The notes beneath the pieces are model-generated. The model was not told the origin of the DNA, made no database searches, and worked only from the letters and a program-made list of their open reading frames with translations. A stretch of DNA of 64,000 nt from Bacilli bacterium (GTDB taxonomy: Bacteria; Bacillota_I; Bacilli_A; RFN20; UBA1709). The translations under genes were made by a program, and so were the position numbers. Each line of letters opens with the position of its first letter. Position 1 is the stretch's first letter. The stretch lies in contig JAQUUH010000001.1 in the NCBI GenBank assembly GCA_028693955.1, positions 80,260-144,259 of the forward strand. The letters are read 5' to 3'. Positions 41,056 through 49,198 of the stretch are shown piece by piece.

Positions 41056-42195
41056 CTAAACATTGCTAAGTTCACGTTCGACTTTTGAAAATTTCTCAAT
41101 ATAAGAAATTATTGCACCAAAACAAGCATAATAACTAGCATCACTTCCACCTACTATATCAAATTTTCTAAGTATTACATCATCGTTTAAAGCCAATCTA
41201 AATTTTTCTTGTATTTTTTCAGTGTTTGCAACACCACCAGTTAATATAATTGGTAGATGATTATTTTTTGTTAAATATAAAATAGATTTTGATACTTCAT
41301 CTATAATTACATTTAACGACCTATCAACAATTTCAACAATTTCCTTTTCTTTTACCATCTTACCCGAAGTTTTGTTTTTATATACTTCAATATTTGTTGC
41401 TGAATTTAAATCAGCACTACCATATTTAACTTTAATAATTTCAGCTTGTTTTTTATCATTATCGAGAAAACTTGCTAATTCACTTGTAATAAATGTTCCT
41501 CCTGTTTTTCCTTGACGATATCCACAAAATAAATTCTTATAAAAGAAAGAAACAGAATTGTGAGCTCCACCTAGATCAGCAATTAAAACGCCATTTTTAC
41601 CCTCTTGTTCTTTTATTAAGGCATTAAATAGAGCAATTGGTAATGGTATGACATCCAGTATTTCAATTTCTAATTCTTGAATTGCATCAACTATTCCTTT
41701 TGCCAAACTTTGTGGAGAAGAAACCACAAACGCATCTAGTTCAATAGTATTTCCCCTATATCCTATTGGTTCATCCTCTACACTTTCACCATCTAAAGTA
41801 TATTGAATTGGATATATCCCAATTACCATTTCTCCAGTCATGATTTGATGAGAAGCACAAGCGTTTTTCAATAATTCAATGTCTCGAGAAGAAACAACTT
41901 TATTGACACTTGTAACATTATTACTTGCCTTTTTTCTATAAACATTCATGTTACTTGAAGGCAAAACAATTATCAACTTATGTATATCAAAATCTAAGGC
42001 TTTAGCTTTTTCAAGAAGACCTATCACTGTTCTTTGAATTTCATTTTTCGATGAAACATCTCCTGATGATATGCCTTGAGTTTCAGAATTAAAAATAGCA
42101 CAAATATTAAACTTATCACTATTAACAGTTCCAATAACAAGTTTTGAAGACCATTCGCCTATATCGATTGCAGCATATATTTTCTCAGAAATCAC
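41056..42195 (-). CDS. ftsA: cell division protein FtsA
   Basis: It has an actin/Hsp70-fold ATPase (DIGEWSSKLVIG...GGGTFIT) and is 379 aa. It is directly upstream of ftsZ. Confidence 0.85.
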   Translation of the reverse strand: MISEKIYAAIDIGEWSSKLVIGTVNSDKFNICAIFNSETQGISSGDVSSKNEIQRTVIGLLEKAKALDFDIHKLIIVLPSSNMNVYRKKASNNVTSVNKVVSSRDIELLKNACASHQIMTGEMVIGIYPIQYTLDGESVEDEPIGYRGNTIELDAFVVSSPQSLAKGIVDAIQELEIEILDVIPLPIALFNALIKEQEGKNGVLIADLGGAHNSVSFFYKNLFCGYRQGKTGGTFITSELASFLDNDKKQAEIIKVKYGSADLNSATNIEVYKNKTSGKMVKEKEIVEIVDRSLNVIIDEVSKSILYLTKNNHLPIILTGGVANTEKIQEKFRLALNDDVILRKFDIVGGSDASYYACFGAIISYIEKFSKVERELSNV

Positions 42196-42232
42196 TAAAA
42201 ATCACCCTCTTTTTTTATATTATCATATTACA

Positions 42233-43078
42233 TTAATCACATGGAAGAGCATAATCAGCAGCTCTATATATATAGCAATATTTACCATCTTTTAAACTTG
42301 GAGAAGAAGTAGAAATAGAGTTGCGTATCACATCAATATTTTCTTTTGTTAATTTTTTATCTACTGATCCTAAGTCAATTACTAATAATAAGTCATTATC
42401 AATATTTAAATCTTGGCCACTAAATACAAAGTCCACGACAGTCGTTGTTGATATACTATTTTTTGATATAGATAAAATTTCATTTCTAATTTCCCTTTTT
42501 GTTTTGCCAAGCAAATCTAATAACAGCAAAAATTGCTCACTTGTATATTGATTCTCATCAAAAAGAAAAGGAATATCACCAAATTGGGCAATATGTTTAA
42601 CATCAATAGCCTTGAAATTATTTAACCCATTAACTTCGTTTCCATTGCTCAAATAATAAATACAGTCATCACCATAATTGTCACAATAATTTCCTTTTTT
42701 TCCTACAACACTTACTTCATTAAGGGCTATTTTAACACCTAGTGGCGATAGATCAACTGTTGCACTATCTATATATTGATAATCATTCAACTTATTTTCA
42801 ATCTCCACACTATTAATGGACCATAAAAATGTTGAATTTGAAAAATCAGCAATATTGTATATATCTTCACTATTTAATATAGAAGTATTTCCTGATAAAT
42901 CAATGATTCTAGCCTTAGATAAAGGAGAAATTAAATAAGAAATTATTAAGACCCAAAAAACTAGGATAACAAAAAATCTTTTCTTTATGTTATCTAATCT
43001 TTTTTTTCTCGCATTTTTACATCTTGCTTTAAACGTAGATGTATTATTGTTTTCAATAGAACTATTAATAAAATCCAT
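42233..43078 (-). CDS. ftsQ: FtsQ/DivIB-like bitopic division protein (POTRA)
   Basis: A basic cytoplasmic tail and a single TM (FFVILVFWVLIISYLI) are followed by a POTRA-like ARIIDLSGNTSILNSEDIYNIA. It sits in the position of ftsQ/divIB upstream of ftsA. Confidence 0.5.
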   Translation of the reverse strand: MDFINSSIENNNTSTFKARCKNARKKRLDNIKKRFFVILVFWVLIISYLISPLSKARIIDLSGNTSILNSEDIYNIADFSNSTFLWSINSVEIENKLNDYQYIDSATVDLSPLGVKIALNEVSVVGKKGNYCDNYGDDCIYYLSNGNEVNGLNNFKAIDVKHIAQFGDIPFLFDENQYTSEQFLLLLDLLGKTKREIRNEILSISKNSISTTTVVDFVFSGQDLNIDNDLLLVIDLGSVDKKLTKENIDVIRNSISTSSPSLKDGKYCYIYRAADYALPCD

Positions 43079-43230
43079 CTACTAATTCTCTCCTATCTTT
43101 AAATTTATAATATAATTATACACATTAGTTTTAGTGTATTCAATTATACTTTGAAAAAAGACTTAAAAAAATCATATATAACGACTATATAATTACTAAT
43201 ATAATACTAAACAGTGCTTTTTGGTAATTG

Positions 43231-43264
43231 TTTTCAAAAAAAGTCTACACATAAAAGTGTAGAC
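43231..43264 (-). terminator. Rho-independent terminator after ftsL, inside the division cluster
   Basis: Hairpin GTCTACAC-ataaaa-GTGTAGAC (43243-43264) is followed on the minus strand by UUUUUUUGAAAA. Confidence 0.5.
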
Positions 43265-43295
43265 ATATACATAGAATAGAATATAAAAAGGGGGA

Positions 43296-43538
43296 TTAAT
43301 TATTATCTGTACTCATCGTAGTTGTTGGATTCAATAGTTCTTCTATGTCTCTTTTTAGTGTTTCGTTACGTGTAGATATTTGTGCTATTTCATCATTCAG
43401 CAAATAATTTCCTTCTTTTAATTCATTAGTCATTGGTTGAAGGAATATAAAAGCAAAAACAAACAAAACAACACTCACACAAAATAACACCCTTGATAAA
43501 TAGTCAAACTGTCTCATATTCCTTTTTTTAAGTTTCAT
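43296..43538 (-). CDS. ftsL: FtsL-like small bitopic coiled-coil protein
   Basis: It is 80 aa with a basic N-terminus, one TM (VLFCVSVVLFVFAFIFL) and a heptad-like C-terminus. It is directly downstream of rsmH, as ftsL is. Confidence 0.45.
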   Translation of the reverse strand: MKLKKRNMRQFDYLSRVLFCVSVVLFVFAFIFLQPMTNELKEGNYLLNDEIAQISTRNETLKRDIEELLNPTTTMSTDNN

Positions 43539-43551
43539 TGTTCTTACCTCC

Positions 43552-44487
43552 TTATATTTTCTGTATTATTCTTAATTTCGCACTGTGTGCCCTATTATTG
43601 TTTTCAATTTCTTGAGTACTTGGAATAATTGGCTTTCTTGTTATTAAATTGTATTGTATATCCTTTTTTTTAAGATCTATTGGCATAAATCTATTTCTAC
43701 TTTCTTCAGTTGTATATTTTTTAAAAACTTCTTTAACAATTCTATCTTCCAAAGAATGAAAAGTTATTACACAAACCCTACCTCCAGAATTTAATAATTT
43801 AATAGCCACTTCTAGTGTTTTACTAAGTATTCCCAATTCATCATTGACATATATTCTTAATGCTTGGAAAGTCCTTTTAGCTGGATGACCTCCAGTTATT
43901 TTGCTTTTTGTTGGAATTGATTTTTTGATTATTTCTACCAATTCATGTGTTGTTAATATCTCTTTTTTTGTTCTTTCTTTAACAATATTCCTAGCAATAT
44001 TTCTAGAATATTTTTCTTCTCCATATTTATATATAATATTTGCTATATCTTCTTCTTTATATGAATTAATTACTTCTTTTGCGGTCAAACTCTGGGTTTG
44101 ATCCATTCTCATATCTAAAAGGGCATCATGATTATAAGAAAATCCACGACTCCCTTCATCTAATTGAAAGGAAGAGACACCTAAATCGAAAATAATACCA
44201 TCTACTTTTTTTACATTGCATTCTTCAAGCTTTTCTTTTAAAAATCGAAAATTTGAATGAATTAATGTGAAGTTGTTGAGAGAGAGAGTTTGTAGATGCT
44301 CTTTGGATGCCTCAATTGCAGCTTCATCTTGATCAAAACAATATAGATGACCTGCATAATCTAAACGCTTCAATATTTGATAACTATGTCCTCCACCACC
44401 TGTAGTAGCATCGACATAAATACCGGACTTTTTAATTGCTAATCCTTCTATGCTTTCATTCAATAATACTGATTTGTGCTCATACAT
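43552..44487 (-). CDS. rsmH: 16S rRNA (cytosine1402-N4)-methyltransferase
   Basis: MYEHKSVLLNESIEGLAIKKSGIYVDATTGGGGHS matches the MraW SAM-binding N-terminus. It is 311 aa. Confidence 0.9.
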   Translation of the reverse strand: MYEHKSVLLNESIEGLAIKKSGIYVDATTGGGGHSYQILKRLDYAGHLYCFDQDEAAIEASKEHLQTLSLNNFTLIHSNFRFLKEKLEECNVKKVDGIIFDLGVSSFQLDEGSRGFSYNHDALLDMRMDQTQSLTAKEVINSYKEEDIANIIYKYGEEKYSRNIARNIVKERTKKEILTTHELVEIIKKSIPTKSKITGGHPAKRTFQALRIYVNDELGILSKTLEVAIKLLNSGGRVCVITFHSLEDRIVKEVFKKYTTEESRNRFMPIDLKKKDIQYNLITRKPIIPSTQEIENNNRAHSAKLRIIQKI

Positions 44488-44495
44488 ATGATGAC

Positions 44496-44912
44496 CTACA
44501 ATTTTTCAGCGACTTTATCAAATGTTTCTAATGCTTCTTGTTCATACTTTTGCCAATTCTCTTTTGACCAAATTTCAATATGATTTATTGTTCCTACTAA
44601 AACAACATCCTTATTGATATTTGCATGAGTCAAGAGATTTTGTGGGATTATTACCCTTCCATGAGAATCACATGAACAATCAGAAGCACTTCCAGCAAAC
44701 ATTCTTAAATGCTTTCTTGCATCAGAAGAATTAGTGTTTAAAGTAAGGAGTTTTTCTTGGAGTTTACTCCATTCATCATTAGTGTAGATAGAAATACATT
44801 CATCAAATCCAATAGTCATTACAGCATCTGAGCCAATTTTATCTCTAAATTTTGCTGGTATTGTTAATCTACTTTTATCATCAATAGTATGACTATATTG
44901 TCCAATAAACAT
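44496..44912 (-). CDS. mraZ: transcriptional regulator MraZ
   Basis: It has two tandem MraZ (SpoVT/AbrB-like) repeats, MFIGQYSHTIDDKSRLTIPAKFR... and ...SHGRVIIP. It is 138 aa. Confidence 0.9.
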   Translation of the reverse strand: MFIGQYSHTIDDKSRLTIPAKFRDKIGSDAVMTIGFDECISIYTNDEWSKLQEKLLTLNTNSSDARKHLRMFAGSASDCSCDSHGRVIIPQNLLTHANINKDVVLVGTINHIEIWSKENWQKYEQEALETFDKVAEKL

Positions 44913-44920
44913 ATTTTACA

Positions 44921-44986
44921 CCCCACTTTCTCCCACTTTAATACATCTTCTACCACAATTATACATAAAGGCACAATATTTGTAAA
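44921..44986 (-). promoter_or_regulatory. mraZ promoter with a GTGGG direct-repeat operator (candidate MraZ autoregulation site)
   Basis: The minus strand carries -35 TTTACA (44981-44986), a 17-bp spacer and -10 TATAAT (44958-44963). Downstream are GTGGT (44952-44956), GTGGG (44932-44936) and GTGGGG (44921-44926). The last two are exactly 10 bp apart, and the final one also serves as the SD. Confidence 0.5.
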
Positions 44987-45022
44987 CAAAAAAAAACAGA
45001 ATTTTATAAAAATCTGTTTTTT
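44985..45022. terminator. bidirectional Rho-independent terminator after rpmF
   Basis: Hairpin CAGAATTTT-ataa-AAAATCTG (44997-45016) is flanked by an A9 run on one side and a T6 run on the other. Confidence 0.5.
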
Positions 45023-45060
45023 AAAATATAACTATTCAATTAAAACTCAATTAAATTTTC

Positions 45061-45228
45061 TTATTTTACTTTTCTTCCATCATAAAAGCCACACTTACCG
45101 CATACGTGATGAGGTAAAATCATTTCACCACAATTTGGACAAGCAACCAACGTTACTTTTGCCAATTTAATGCCTGATCTACGCAAGGCTTTTCTTGTTT
45201 TTGAAGTTTTCCTCTTTGGTACTGCCAT
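45061..45228 (-). CDS. rpmF: ribosomal protein L32 (zinc-ribbon form)
   Basis: It is below the ORF-track size cutoff. Reverse translation gives [55 protein letters not shown], with a GGAGGTG RBS 5 nt upstream. It carries the CxxC...CxxC zinc ribbon. Confidence 0.85.
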   Translation of the reverse strand: MAVPKRKTSKTRKALRRSGIKLAKVTLVACPNCGEMILPHHVCGKCGFYDGRKVK

Positions 45229-45239
45229 AATTACACCTC

Positions 45240-45776
45240 CTATTTTTTTTTGAAATAATCTTTCAATTTCTCTAGTCGAGGATCAATTTGTTGCTTTGAT
45301 TTTTTTGAAATAGCAAGTTCATCCTCACTAACAAAACGCCAATTTTCACCAGAATTAGGGAGTTTTGCACCTTTTTTTACTACTTTTAGCGGCACGGAAA
45401 CACTAATGAGCTCCCAAACCAACGAAATAATATCCAACTCTCCACCTTTGACCACACTTAATTCTTGTGTGTCATGTAATTCTTCATCAAAAGAAAAATA
45501 ATCTTCGTATTCAATGGAAAACGGATAATCAACCGGCTCTAAACTCATCGCGCATGGAACAATCATAATTCCGGTAATCTTGAAATCAAGTTTAACTTGC
45601 TCTTCTTCGCTTTCAAAGTAACCATTACCAAATATTCTAACATCTTTCAAGCCGAGTAGTTTTTTATTTGACTTTATCAATTTATCGTCATATACAATTC
45701 TTTCATCAAAGGTGAAACTTGGTTGGGCATTCTGGTTTAACCAGGATAATGTCCATTTCATATGCAACACCTCCAC
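45240..45776 (-). CDS. yceD: YceD/DUF177 family protein (large-subunit rRNA accumulation protein)
   Basis: It is 178 aa and acidic. Its position immediately upstream of rpmF matches the conserved yceD-rpmF (ylbN-rpmF) pair. The start may be the internal Met (MKWTL). Confidence 0.65.
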   Translation of the reverse strand: MEVLHMKWTLSWLNQNAQPSFTFDERIVYDDKLIKSNKKLLGLKDVRIFGNGYFESEEEQVKLDFKITGIMIVPCAMSLEPVDYPFSIEYEDYFSFDEELHDTQELSVVKGGELDIISLVWELISVSVPLKVVKKGAKLPNSGENWRFVSEDELAISKKSKQQIDPRLEKLKDYFKKK

Positions 45777-45923
45777 CTAAAAAGACATACACTATTATAG
45801 TGAATAAGCGCTAAAATGTCAATGCTTTTTATAACGCTTACATAATATTGAAAAATGAACATCTATACAACAATAAAGTTGACTTGTATAATATAAATAA
45901 CATCAATATTAGGAGGAATTACA

Positions 45924-47066
45924 ATGAAAGTCGTGGGCGTTGTTGTTGAATACAATCCATTCCATTATGGACACCTTTATCATTTGAAAACGGCAAAATC
46001 TTTAACAAATGCTGACCTCATAATAGGTGTGATTTCAACATATTTTGTTCAAAGAGGAGAACCTTCTATTCTTCCATTACATAAAAGAATTAGTGATGCT
46101 TTGGATAGTGGAGTAAATTTAATTGTCGAATTGCCATTCATATACAGCGTAGAATCTGCTGATATTTTTGCCAAATACTCTTTGCAAATACTTGAGGCTT
46201 TAAAATGTAATGAATTTGTCTTTGGTAGTGAAAGTGGCGATACAAAAGAATTTATGAAAAAGTATAACTCTAAAACGTTTACCTCACCTAGAATTGATGA
46301 GATTATTAAAAAATATCTTAAAGAAGGCTATTCTTATCCAAAGGCAAGTAGTTTAGCTCATTTTGAAATAAGCAACTACTATCTTGACACTCCAAATGAT
46401 ATCCTTGGAAACTCATATATAAAAGCTATTGAAAAATATAAATACAATTTGTCACCAATTATCATTAAAAGAATAAATGAAAAAAATTGCTCTTCTGCAA
46501 GCAAAATAAGAAAATTAATGATTAAAAACGAAAAAGCACAAGTTACGAAATATACTCCTATTAAATATTTATTTGAAGATGTTCATGATTTCGAAAAATA
46601 TTTTCCGCTACTAAAATACAAATTACAAACAAGTTCTTCAAAAGAACTAGAAAACATACATTTAATATCCGAAGGAATACATAATCTTTTTAAAAAAAAT
46701 ATCGATTCTTCAAATTCAATGGAAGAATTCATTAGTAAATGTACTTCAAAAAGATATAGTTCAGCTAGAATTAAAAGGACAATAATACATATATTAGTAA
46801 GCACTCCAAAAGAAGATGCAAAAACTTTTTTACAAGAAAAAATTCCTTTTGTAAGAGTTTTAGGCTTTGATAAACTAGGACAAAAATACTTAAACAAAAT
46901 AAGAAAAGAAGTAGCGATTCCGATAATATCCAATTTTGCTGGAAAAGACTCTAAAATACACCAATTAGAAAAAAAAGCAGTAAATGTTTATTATTCTATT
47001 GATAAAGAACCTCAAAAAACCATTAATCAAAATAAATATTTGCATATTTTCCCAATTATTAAGTAG
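45924..47066 (+). CDS. tmcAL: tRNA(Met) cytidine acetate ligase TmcAL-like nucleotidyltransferase (YlbM/UPF0348)
   Basis: The N-terminal HxGH nucleotidyltransferase motif VVVEYNPFHYGHLYHL is present. It is 380 aa. Its divergent position next to yceD-rpmF matches the B. subtilis ylbM-ylbN-rpmF neighbourhood. An AGGAGG RBS is present. Confidence 0.6.
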   Translation: MKVVGVVVEYNPFHYGHLYHLKTAKSLTNADLIIGVISTYFVQRGEPSILPLHKRISDALDSGVNLIVELPFIYSVESADIFAKYSLQILEALKCNEFVFGSESGDTKEFMKKYNSKTFTSPRIDEIIKKYLKEGYSYPKASSLAHFEISNYYLDTPNDILGNSYIKAIEKYKYNLSPIIIKRINEKNCSSASKIRKLMIKNEKAQVTKYTPIKYLFEDVHDFEKYFPLLKYKLQTSSSKELENIHLISEGIHNLFKKNIDSSNSMEEFISKCTSKRYSSARIKRTIIHILVSTPKEDAKTFLQEKIPFVRVLGFDKLGQKYLNKIRKEVAIPIISNFAGKDSKIHQLEKKAVNVYYSIDKEPQKTINQNKYLHIFPIIK

Positions 47067-47103
47067 TTTTACCTTATTTTTTATGGAAGTAGTTATAGTT
47101 ATT

Positions 47104-47112
47104 TGATATAAT
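47104..47112 (+). promoter_or_regulatory. candidate extended -10 promoter of the jetABC-like operon
   Basis: TGaTATAAT lies at 47104-47112, about 20 nt upstream of the AAAGGAG RBS. No terminator separates it from tmcAL. Confidence 0.35.
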
Positions 47113-47140
47113 TAATTATACGTACAAAGGAGAAATGCTA

Positions 47141-48550
47141 ATGGATTTATACGATGTAATTCCAAACAATTTATTTACAGTACTAACAAGCAAAAATAGA
47201 AGTATTTATGCAAAAAGTTTACTGATAATTTATAATTTTTTTAAAGAAAATATTATTATTGATAAAGATATAGTTGTAGCACATTTAATTAATGAGTTGC
47301 AATCTGACATTTTTGATATTGATACAAATGTTGATGAAGAAACATTTGAGGCTTCGCAAAAGGATGCTACATCTTTAGCAAAATACATTATGAGGCGACT
47401 TTTTGATACTGGATGGATTGATATTGAATATGAAAGTTATAGTAAACTTCAAGAATATGTTTCACTTCCTCCATACTCTATAAAACTTATCAGTACTATT
47501 TCAGAAATATCAACTAATGAAGTTAAAGAATATGATTCATTTATGTATTCTATGTATTCATCCTTGCTAAACTCAGATCAAAATTATAATGATTTTAGAT
47601 TTACTGCCCTTAATAATGTTTACGATAAAATGCATGAATTTGAAGAGTCATTAAAAACTTTATTTCATAATCTAAAACGCCGCTACACAAACCTTATTTC
47701 ATTAAAAACTGTTAATCAAATATTAAGTGAGCACTTTGATTCATATCAAAAAGATGTAATTATGCAAATATACCTTCCTTTAAAAACAAAAGATTCAATA
47801 ACTAGATTTAAAGGCAGCATATTTAATATTCTCATAAAATGGATGAGAGATGAAAAAATTATTAACTCGATGATTGCACAAGCTATGGTCCAGAATCGCT
47901 TTCAAGATGATGATGAAGCAAAATTGGATATACTTAATAAAATTAACTACATAGTAGATAAACTAAACGATCTTGATGAATTAGTTGATTTGATTGATAG
48001 CCGTAATTCTACATATATAAGTGCTGCAACAGAAAAAATGCACCACTTATTGAGTAATGATCGTTCAATCACAGGTAAAATGACAAAAATAATTGCAACC
48101 ATAGCCAAAGATGAATTTAATGGATATGACAATAATTTACATATATGTGAGAATTTTTTATTCTTACAAAAACAAGAATATCTAAATGAAGAATCTTTAT
48201 TTAATCGCGCTCAAAGTATACATAAATATCTAAACAACGAACCTTCAGAAATACTTTATGTAGATGAACAAATAGTTCAAAAACTTAAATCAACATTTGA
48301 AGAATCTACAAATAACCGATTTTCATATCGAAATGTTATAAACTATATGAAAGAACAACTTGAAAATACTAAAAACATTTCAACAAAAGATATTGTTATA
48401 GAAAATAGCGATGATTTCTTGTTGTTATTACATTCATTTATTCATGGATTTGATAATAATGTTTTTTATAGTTTAAAACTATATAAGGGCAATATTATAA
48501 ATAATAATTATTCGCTTCCTAATTTAGAATTTGTAAGAAGGAGAATTTAA
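47141..48550 (+). CDS. JetA/MksF-like kleisin-family protein (putative, DUF3375-like)
   Basis: It is 469 aa and helical. It is the first gene of a 3-gene cassette whose third gene is an unmistakable MukB/JetC-type ATPase. Its size and position match JetA/MksF. The start is ATG at 47141 (MDLYDV, 8 nt from AAGGAG). The track began 2 codons earlier. Confidence 0.5.
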   Translation: MDLYDVIPNNLFTVLTSKNRSIYAKSLLIIYNFFKENIIIDKDIVVAHLINELQSDIFDIDTNVDEETFEASQKDATSLAKYIMRRLFDTGWIDIEYESYSKLQEYVSLPPYSIKLISTISEISTNEVKEYDSFMYSMYSSLLNSDQNYNDFRFTALNNVYDKMHEFEESLKTLFHNLKRRYTNLISLKTVNQILSEHFDSYQKDVIMQIYLPLKTKDSITRFKGSIFNILIKWMRDEKIINSMIAQAMVQNRFQDDDEAKLDILNKINYIVDKLNDLDELVDLIDSRNSTYISAATEKMHHLLSNDRSITGKMTKIIATIAKDEFNGYDNNLHICENFLFLQKQEYLNEESLFNRAQSIHKYLNNEPSEILYVDEQIVQKLKSTFEESTNNRFSYRNVINYMKEQLENTKNISTKDIVIENSDDFLLLLHSFIHGFDNNVFYSLKLYKGNIINNNYSLPNLEFVRRRI

Positions 48551-48551
48551 T

Positions 48552-49184
48552 ATGTGGAATGAAAAATACGATTTATTAACTAATAGCGAAAAAGAAAGAT
48601 TTACCAAAATTGTTAACTATATTTTAAATAAAACTTTCCTTCTTCGAGAAACATACGAAGAAAAAGATAGAATAGGTAAAATTTCTGCCGATTATAGATT
48701 TTTTGAACGTAATTATGAACTATTTCAAGATTATTTAGAAATTGCTGGATATTCTATATCAAAAGATGATTCTGAAGGAATAATATCTATATCTAACATT
48801 TATTTTACAAATATATTAAGACTTGATAAGTTTACTACCTTATTTTTGCTAATATTAAGACAAATATATGATGAGGAAAAAGAAAAAGCTCCTTCTGGCA
48901 ACGTTGTTTTTGTAAAAGGCAGTGAAATTGTTGTCAAAATGATTGATAACAAACTACTAACAAAAAAACCAACAATTAAAGATATGACTGATGTCTTACG
49001 TTTATTAATTCGTCACAATATTATTGCAAAATTTGATGGAAATATAGAAGATAGCAATGTTACTTTAACAATATATCCAACAATCTTAAAAGTTGTTTCT
49101 AATGAAAAAATAACAGCAATATATGATAACATGTTTAAAAAAGATGAAGAAGCAATAAAAAACGACATCTCATTTGAGGCATAA
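48552..49184 (+). CDS. JetB/MksE-like protein (putative, DUF4194-like)
   Basis: It is 210 aa and acidic. The motif YRFFERNYELFQDYLEIAGYSISKDDSEGIISI resembles the conserved YxFxxRHxxxLxxYFxxxGxxLxxDExEG block of JetB/MksE. It starts 2 nt after the preceding stop. Confidence 0.55.
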   Translation: MWNEKYDLLTNSEKERFTKIVNYILNKTFLLRETYEEKDRIGKISADYRFFERNYELFQDYLEIAGYSISKDDSEGIISISNIYFTNILRLDKFTTLFLLILRQIYDEEKEKAPSGNVVFVKGSEIVVKMIDNKLLTKKPTIKDMTDVLRLLIRHNIIAKFDGNIEDSNVTLTIYPTILKVVSNEKITAIYDNMFKKDEEAIKNDISFEA

Positions 49185-49198
49185 AAGGAGAAAACAAA

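Noticed and set aside
44889-45170. 93-aa plus-strand ORF overlapping the mraZ/rpmF region
   Set aside because: The real gene here is rpmF on the minus strand (45061-45228). It has a canonical L32 sequence, an RBS and a terminator. The plus-strand ORF crosses the promoter and terminator and has no SD.
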